From contig OZ024746.1 of NCBI GenBank assembly GCA_964016885.1, positions 95,108,001 through 95,172,000 on the forward strand: a DNA stretch of 64,000 nucleotides. Reading direction: 5' to 3'. The notes beneath the pieces are model-generated. The model did no database searches. It was not told the DNA's origin and worked only from the letters and a program-made list of their open reading frames with translations. Positions 56,429 to 64,000 of this stretch are shown here, piece by piece; position 1 is the stretch's first letter; each line of letters starts with the position of its first letter. Position numbers and translations under genes: made by a program. This DNA is from Eledone cirrhosa. Its lineage: Eukaryota.

Positions 56429-57079
56429 TTAATTTGTACGTATGAATGAGATTATCGTTGTCTGACACGTTTGTTTTGCTTTACCTTTTCCTAAGTTGTT
56501 GCCAAGGGATCATTGATATAATAATTACATAAGTGACATGTCCTTTCATTATTACATTGTCTGACAGTGTCACGCCAGCATTATAATGCAGGATATTTTA
56601 TCGGCCTGTCTTTTTACACTTATCTTCTATTGATTTTATGATATCATTTTTCAATAAAGTACTCAGTACTCAGTAAATTATAATCGACTTCCCCCTCCCC
56701 GAAAAATTGCTGACCTTGTGTTTAAATTAGAAAGGTGAACGAAAGTGGCGAGAATTGTCTTAGCAAACAAGTCTGCCCTGAATATATGTCTTTAAATTGG
56801 AGCAGAAGGACTGGGAGAAGGCACTTGACTTAGCAGTCAAGGAAACCGTGGCTTTTTATAGGGGGCAGGGGTTCCATGAGTGGCTCTCGAAAGTCTCCTC
56901 CCTATTGAGGAAATTTATTGCCAAATTGCTCTTTCGCACAGCCATCCCTTGTTGGAATTGTGGATTTCGAAATTGGGGAATACTTGATTAAGTTTACAAC
57001 GCTTTCCACAACAATGGAGAATGATGAAGGATCAAAACATCCTTCAGTATGAAGGGATTGCTTTTCTATAAATATAAAC

Positions 57080-57143
57080 GGCTGAGAGGTGCTTATCTGT
57101 AACTCCGAGGGCCCTCGGAGTTACAGATAAGCACCTCTCAGCC
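57080..57143. repeat. Perfect 64-bp palindrome with no spacer
   Basis: ggctgagaggtgcttatctgtaactccgaggg | ccctcggagttacagataagcacctctcagcc. Confidence 0.97.
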
Positions 57144-57385
57144 CTTTTCGGAAAAAGGAGTCGTTTGCGAGTAAGTCGGATGCAGATCAATACACAAACG
57201 GAAATACACATATTATATTTTAGTTAGTTAGAGAGAGGGAGGTGAAGTGAGTCTTTACGTAAATATAGATAGCATGGTAGACGAACAGACAGTACCTGGG
57301 TGCTAGAAAGGAAACTTCAAAGACAATAGCCTTTTTAACGATATGCTGTCATAAAAATGTGTCCTGCATAATAATGACACCTTTG

Positions 57386-57449
<64 letters not shown>

Positions 57450-57590
57450 GGGGACGGGATACCGGCCCTACAAGGAGGTGTGTATAGGGACGACGCCCTG
57501 TTTACCGTTAGGAACCATAGCCCCGGTAGAATATAGAACCTTCACAAACACATACACAGGTTCTTCAAGTCATACGGCCTATCCGTAACT

Positions 57591-59231
57591 ATGGACCTCA
57601 ACCACCAGGTGGTCAATTTCCTGGAGTTGAGTACGGGCCTATACAAGCCATACCATAAGCCTGGAGAGAGCCTTTCGTATATTAATTATGCCTCCAACCA
57701 CCCGAAGCAGACTCTCAACTCCATAGTTTATAGCATCTCACATAGGATCTCGAGGCTCTCCGCCAATGTAGATATCTTCAACCAAGCGGCAGATTACTAC
57801 AATAAGGCCTTGATAAGCACCGGGTTTAACCGAAGAATCTCCTACATCCCTAATGCTAGCTCCAGAAATCACCCCTCTCATAAGACTAACGTTATAGTAA
57901 GCCATACCTATAACCGAACGCGCTGCGGCTTTGAAAGAGTCAGATATAATAGTATAGAAAATCGCACTAGGGAACACGGCCATATTGTTAATTACACTAG
58001 CGATAGTTTTGGTAACTTACCACACAATAAGGATCACAACCCTGGTGACAGTGACCACTGTAGCCTACTTGAATTATTCCCCTACTATAAGATCAACGAA
58101 GGCGATGGCCTACTACCAACGCCTTCCAACCAGCGTCTTCCTATACATAAACGTAGCAGAAGGAAGCCGAGTGCACCCGAGCATAAAGCGAAAGGGACAC
58201 GTTACGGGCTACAGCACAATAACATGCATAAGAGCGGTCACCCTGATAGCACAACCCTTAACAAACGTACAAAGACACGGAATCTCCACCGTAACGTCCT
58301 ATGGTTCCATCCTCCCTACTCTCGGAGTATGGCCTCCGACATACCCTGGATATTCTTCGAAGCCTTAGAGAAGAACTTCCCACCCAACCATAAGTATAGG
58401 AAAATCCTGAATAGGAACAATATAAAAATATCCTTCTCTACTACTCCTAACCTAGCAGACATCATAGGAACAACTAATCACAGTAAGATCACCAAGACAC
58501 ATCACCTTAGCACCGATACACCTAGACCTGACAACAACTATATTGGCCTTGACGACTCCCTAGCAACACCCAATAGTGCTGGCAACAGCCAATACAGACG
58601 CAACCAACATAACCGCGACATGACTGGGAAATATGCAGGTGACTCGCACGGGTCACCGGACGGCAACAGAAGACGCTGCTGCGTGCGGAATAATAATGGG
58701 TCTACCCCGCAGGCGGTGGGTTATAATGGTACCAATGACAGGTGTAGGGGCGTAGGTAACAACATAGATAGCAATAATAATAGCCTTACCTTGGGAACTA
58801 GAAGGGACCGCGACCGAAATTACAACTGCCGTGACAAGGGACGCTGTCCCTTTAGGGGTAACTGCCTGACTGATAGGGTTATTTATAGGTGCACGGTAAC
58901 TAGCCATAATAGCGTTAAACATTATATAGGGGCTACCTCTGGCCCGTGCAAAAATAGATTTCTAACACATCTCCACTCTTTCGCAAACACGAAACTAAGA
59001 CACTCCACTTCGCTCGCGAACTACATCACAGCATTAAAAGACTCAAACATCAGCTTCTCCACACACTGGGAAATTGTCGGCAGAGCAGCACCATACAACT
59101 TCAAGAGAAAGTGTGAGCTTTGCATCCTGGAGCTTTACCATATCATAACGGCACCCCACGAGCTCATCAACAGCAGAGCAGAAACGACGATAAGCTGTAC
59201 ACACCACTTAAAAATATCCTTCTCCAGATAG
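57591..59231 (+). pseudogene. PLE RT C-terminus/thumb, Zn-knuckle and GIY-YIG endonuclease ORF remnant (546 aa open)
   Basis: VNFL, YKPYHKP, SNHP, VLWFHPPYS, CRDKGRCPFRGNC, VIYRC...HYIGAT...NRFLTH, CELCILE. Confidence 0.9.
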
Positions 59232-59609
59232 AATAAGAATGAGGAGTAAAAGCCCTGCACCAAATTTTAACACCCCGGGGGGCAGGCGCTGCAAAAAACA
59301 TCCGAAAACTAACCATGCATCCCAGACCCGGCACAAATCGACCCGGACGGGCAGGCGCAGCAAACAAATATCTGGAAAATAACGTTGCATACCTGACCCT
59401 GCCCGTATCGACAATGGTAAGACTGCAACTACAAAGTAATGACGGATAAAAAGTCACCTGGAGAATTGCTGCTCTAACACCGGTTAGAGTTATCTCCCTT
59501 GACCTACTGCAAAATCAATACATGTTTTGTTATGAAGAATGAACTGTGACGTGAACTTATTTCTAAAAACCCATTCCGGGTCATGTAAGGAACGCTTTTT
59601 AGTTTTTAT

Positions 59610-59647
59610 ACCCTTGAGAAGCCCTTTCGGGCGAAACGTACGTAGGT
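59610..59647 (+). ncRNA. Minimal hammerhead ribozyme, C3U/G8A variant, in PLE 3' end
   Basis: UUGAGAA gccc-tttc-gggc GAAA cgtacg UA gg; palindromic stem III; stem I only 2-3 bp. Confidence 0.65.
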
Positions 59648-59788
59648 GCTATTTTAAATAAACATGTTTTAACTGTTTGTTCTCCTTTATATATTTCTCC
59701 ACGTATATATATATAAGAATAAACAGGGGATGTGTAGTTGCTGGATAAGGGGTACATATAAATAAGAGGAAAGCAGGAACGGGAGAAA

Positions 59789-59948
59789 ATTTTCCTTCAT
59801 CAGTTATCTACTGGGGGTCTTAGATATTTCAACGCATTAAAGACAAGATATCTCACCCCAGTGCGTCAATAACTCAAGGAAGTTATTGACCCACTGGGGT
59901 TAGATATATTGTCTTTAATGCGTTGAAATATCCAAGATGAAGGAAAAT
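59789..59948. repeat. Imperfect ~120-160-bp hairpin element
   Basis: tcttagatatttcaacgcattaaagacaa...ccccagtg.gtcaataact is mirrored by agttattgac.cactgggg...ttgtctttaatgcgttgaaatatccaaga; outer ttttccttcatc/gatgaaggaaaa. Confidence 0.85.
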
Positions 59949-60469
59949 GCTGATTTGGGCATGTCAAAGGTCATTTTACTTACACTCGATCTGAACAATG
60001 TTGAAAAAATATTGGAAAAAAAATCGATTAAAATCTATTAAAATAGACGGAAATTCCGAGATAAAAAAAAAATGAAAGACACAGTGATGCAGATCTGGAG
60101 AGTTCGTACTTTAATTATTACCAATGTATTCAGGATTTTGTGTAATTCCCGGTCAACAAACACAGAAACAAACTTGATTTTTATATAGTATATATATATA
60201 TATATACTATAAACTAGATTCCTGTTTTTGTTTTAGTTTATACAGTAAATATGTGAACCGTGGCAGTATTTAAACTTATAGCAAGCTTAATGGGGGGTGG
60301 GAGGAATAATTCAAAGTACACAAGGCATAGGCTAGAAAACAAGTCAACTGTGTATGGTAGAATGTATTATATATTATAAAAATATATCATCCACCCATTT
60401 TATATATTATATATTTCACACGCACACGCGCGCACATACACACTTGCATACATACACATACATACATAC

Positions 60470-60998
60470 ATACATGATGGCTGTCCCCTCGTTATCGAGT
60501 ATGGCCATTGCACGATATACCATTATTAATAATTATTAATTAATTCTATCGTGCAATGCCTGTGCGTGAAGATATTTTTTAAAGTGAGGAAAGACTGTGC
60601 ACTGAGCCATTCCCACTCCCTGAGCGACAGTAGAAAAGAAGATAATATCAACATCATCGGTAACTACTGAGCCGCAGGTTTTATATCGGAGTTATCCCAG
60701 TTTCCTGAGTTGCCTTCTCCTAGAAGAATGCCCTGACAAAGGCTAGGGGTCCTTCACTCCCAGTGGTTTAACCGCGCGGTACATGTGTATATACATATTT
60801 ACACAGTTTCGGATGGCCGTTGACTTTTGAGTTCTTCTGCCCTTTTTCAGGTTTTGTTTTTTGTCCTGCAGGGTGTCTAAAATCACCCTCCTCACCAAGT
60901 AAACTTGGTGTGGTTGCCAGTTTAGTCGCCGACGGCCCGACCATGCGACAGGTTGTACTGGGTTACATGTTACCAGTAGCACTCAAGAGTGACCCGAC
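60470..60998 (-). mobile_element. Non-autonomous RTE-associated element, copy 3, in (TACA)n
   Basis: Reverse complement of 19598-20100; (TACA)n on both flanks. Confidence 0.78.
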
Positions 60999-61151
60999 AT
61001 ACATACATACATACATACATACATACATACATACATACATACATACATACATACACACACACGTTCATACACACATGCATACATACACACATACATATAT
61101 ACATACACATGTCCATCACACATTCATACATACATACATACACACACACAT

Positions 61152-61532
61152 GCATGATGGCTGCAAACTCTACTAACAGTATTGCAATCGCTTGCAGTAT
61201 TGCAAGCACTTTCAGGCTACGGCCAGCCACACGAACCTGTAACAGATCCTGCACAAGCAATGCTTGTGTTTTGAAGGGTTTTTAAGTGAGAAAAGGCATT
61301 GCACTCGACCAATCCCACTCGCTGAGCATCGAAAACACTACCCAAAAAGGAGAACTGGTCAACATCATCGGATGCTTCCGAAGCCGCAGGGTTTTTTTTT
61401 TGGGGGGGGGGGTCAGAGTTTCCCTCTCCTAGAAAGGTGTTGTAATAACAACTGGGGGCCTTTTACTTCCAGGTGAAAAAAAACATCTACTATTTGGATG
61501 GCCGTTGACTCTGCTGAGTTCCTCCACCCTTT
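61152..61532 (-). mobile_element. Further RTE-associated short element (5'-truncated) in (TACA)n
   Basis: Minus strand ggaggaactcagcagagtcaacggccatcc...aacctgcggcttcgg...gagtttgcagccatcatg. Confidence 0.65.
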
Positions 61533-61585
61533 GTACATACATACATACATACATACATACATACATACATACATACATACATACA

Positions 61586-61613
<28 letters not shown>

Positions 61614-61616
<3 letters not shown>

Positions 61617-62812
61617 CTCTCCGACAACATCTACGAACCTCGAGCGTAGGGGCCTGTTTCTCGAGCAATTCTGTCTGCAGGAAACAGATAAGATCATGAG
61701 AGTTGGGAAGGAACTCCTCGAGAGATATTCCCTGTGTGATAATCAAAAACTCACACCCAGAGAAGTCGCTCAGCAGTATCGCAGTGAATCCATGGATGAA
61801 AAACTGCATGCTTATCAGCAAAAAATCATGCATGGATATGTTGCCAGGAAGTTCCAGAGTGAGAGTAATATAGATAAGGAAAGTAGTCTATCTTGGACCA
61901 ACAACCGCTATATTGGCTCCCACTTTGAAGGATACGCTTTTGCAATCCAAGAACAGGAGATTAACACGAAATACCTGATTCACAAAAGAAATAGGGATGC
62001 AGGCAAAGCACCTAGATGTGATAACAAGTGCAGACTCTGCAGAACTAACATCGAGGCTATCACCCATGTCATCAGCAGCTGTCCAGAGATGTCATCGCGG
62101 TACTATCTACCTATGAGGCATGATGTAGTGGCCAAAACACTGTACAATGCAGTTCGTAAAAAGGATAGCCCCTATAATAAACACATTAAAAGCTACAGCA
62201 ATGTGGAAGACATCCATGTACATAATATGAAAGGGTACTAGTGGGATGTTCCAGTAAAAACCCCAATAAAATGCAGGCATAACAGACCAGATATTATGAT
62301 ATGGGACAGGGAGAAGAAAGTATGCACAGTAGTGGAAATTAGCTGCCCAACAGATGCCAATATAATATCATAGATTAGCGAAAAGGATAATATTTATGCA
62401 GAACTGATGAGAAATCTGCAGATACTCCACCCTGATTACACCTTCAGATTTATGCCTGTGATTATTGGGGCACTGGGGTATGTTAGTAACTGCCTCAATA
62501 CAAATCTTGAGAAGCTAGGCTTCAGAGGAACAGAAAGAACACAACTAGTTAGGAAACTACAAGTACAATCCATTAATGGAACAGTAAAAATATGTAAAAC
62601 ATTCCAAAAAATTTGCATCTAATAACTGCATATACACATGTACAGATACAAAGCATATACACATGCACACATACAACTCAAAACATACACATCCACACAT
62701 ACAATAACATCCATATCTACACATGCATACATACTTAATCTACCTAGTTGATGTTGTGTAAATTCCAATGAGAGAGTCTTGTGTCTATGTTAGAAACATA
62801 AAACCAGAAGAA
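61614..62812 (+). mobile_element. RLE-type non-LTR retrotransposon (R4/Dong-like) 3' portion in (TACA)n
   Basis: AFAIQEQEINTK, CRLC...THVISSC (CCHC), RHDVVAK, HNRPDIMIWD...VEISCP...KDNIY, PVIIGALG; one in-frame stop at ~62241; (TACA/CATC)n flanks. Confidence 0.9.
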
Positions 62813-62911
62813 CATCCATCCATCCATACATCCATACATACATACATACATACATACATCCATACATACATACATACATACATCCATACATACATCCATA
62901 CATACATACAT

Positions 62912-63060
62912 AGTCTACAAATGGCTGCGATAGCTGGCACCTTCAAAATATGCAAAACATTCTTGCGATTCAAGGGATGACAATTTCTTTTCTTTTACAA
63001 CCTTGCCACCAGGAAGGTGGCCGGTCAAAAAAATATACTCGAAATTAAGAGAAAGAGAAA
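62912..63060 (+). mobile_element. Short 3' end of a related RLE-type element followed by (CATA)n
   Basis: LQMAAIAGTFKICKTF is similar to LQVQSINGTVKICKTF at ~62556-62605. Confidence 0.65.
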
Positions 63061-63196
63061 ACATACATACATACATACATACATACATACATACATACAT
63101 ACATACATACATACATACATACATACATACATACATACATACATACATACATACATACATTAATTTTATTAAGACTAAATAGTGAATCTTGTTACT

Positions 63197-63280
63197 CTCT
63201 GAGTTCAAATCGCGCTGAGGTCAACTTTTTTTCCTTTCAAGGTCGATAAAAAAAGTACCAATCTAGTACTGGGGTGGATT
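63197..63280 (+). mobile_element. SINE family A fragment
   Basis: ctgagttcaaatcgcgctgaggtcaact...ggtcgataaaaaaagtacc. Confidence 0.7.
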
Positions 63281-64000
63281 CTTCCTCTCTCTGGAAGAAA
63301 TCTGCTTGTCAAACGTTCAGAACGTTATTGGTTGATTGCATCCCTGTTCACGGTGATTTTAAATTAAATTATTATTTTATTTGATTGGTTTATTATATCA
63401 ATATATAGTTTAAATATGTGTGTGTGAGTACTTTCAGGTCTGGATTAATCCCTCAATCTGCTTATTGAGTTGTCAGATTTTTTCCCACCCACCACTTCGC
63501 TCTTATTGCCCCCCCCCCCCCCTCCCCGCCTCCCCACGTATCATATTTTGCTAATCTATCTCCAAAGAACTTTTATTTTAAGTGGTAACATTCCTGTGAC
63601 AATTAATTTTCTTTAGACATTAAAAAACATTTTAAAAACCTGACAAAAGAAGTACATTAACTGAAATCCTATACGTTATAAAATAAATAGGATGCGTCGA
63701 GGCGGGGGGGGGGTCTCAATATGTAAACAAAACGACTAGTTATGGTTTATATGTAAACTAAACGACTAATTCCTCTTCCAGGCTCCTGGGGACTAAGTTA
63801 CAAATTTGATCGCTCTTTCACTCAGCACTACCGTGCACAATCTGGGATGGTGGTCAAAACTGGACCTTGAAACCTTAAGTAATAGCGATTTTTGTTCCGT
63901 GTATGAACATTAAAAATATATATCATAATTTGATATAATACAGCGTTGGCCTTATGTCGCGCCCCAAAAGCGAGAGCTGCCATGTAAAATGTCAACTATT

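Larger units (their letters stand above)
57447..59704 (+). mobile_element. Penelope-like element (Naiad-like), 5'-truncated
   Basis: YRDD at 57483-57494 is in frame with ORF 57591-59231 (one intervening stop). (TA)n flanks; hammerhead variant in the 3' region. Confidence 0.92.

Overview
Eukaryotic, gene-poor, very AT-rich window. It is dominated by (TA)n, (TACA)n, (GATA)n and (GGT)n microsatellites, minisatellites and decayed transposable elements, with a 200-N scaffold gap at 44958-45157. The SINE families and repeat landscape look like an octopod cephalopod genome (inference from pattern recognition, not a search). I recognise no host protein-coding exon, and nearly all long ORFs in the track are artefacts of simple repeats. 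Real coding remnants are an RTE LINE with C-terminal C2H2 fingers, a Tx1/L1 3' fragment, a CR1-type 3' fragment, restriction-like-endonuclease (R4/Dong-like) non-LTR fragments and two Penelope-like elements (RT end plus GIY-YIG, Naiad-like). Non-coding elements include non-autonomous Helitrons, MITEs and many tRNA-derived SINEs. Two signals stand out. (1) A four-copy family of ~100-115 bp GC-rich palindromes plus a conserved unique tail: the two arms co-vary within each copy and carry internal mini-hairpins seen in both orientations, resembling the T-shaped flip/flop termini of rolling-hairpin replicons. (2) At least nine type-I hammerhead-ribozyme-like motifs with palindromic stem III, several with greatly extended stem II and several on the arms of ORF-less fold-back elements.
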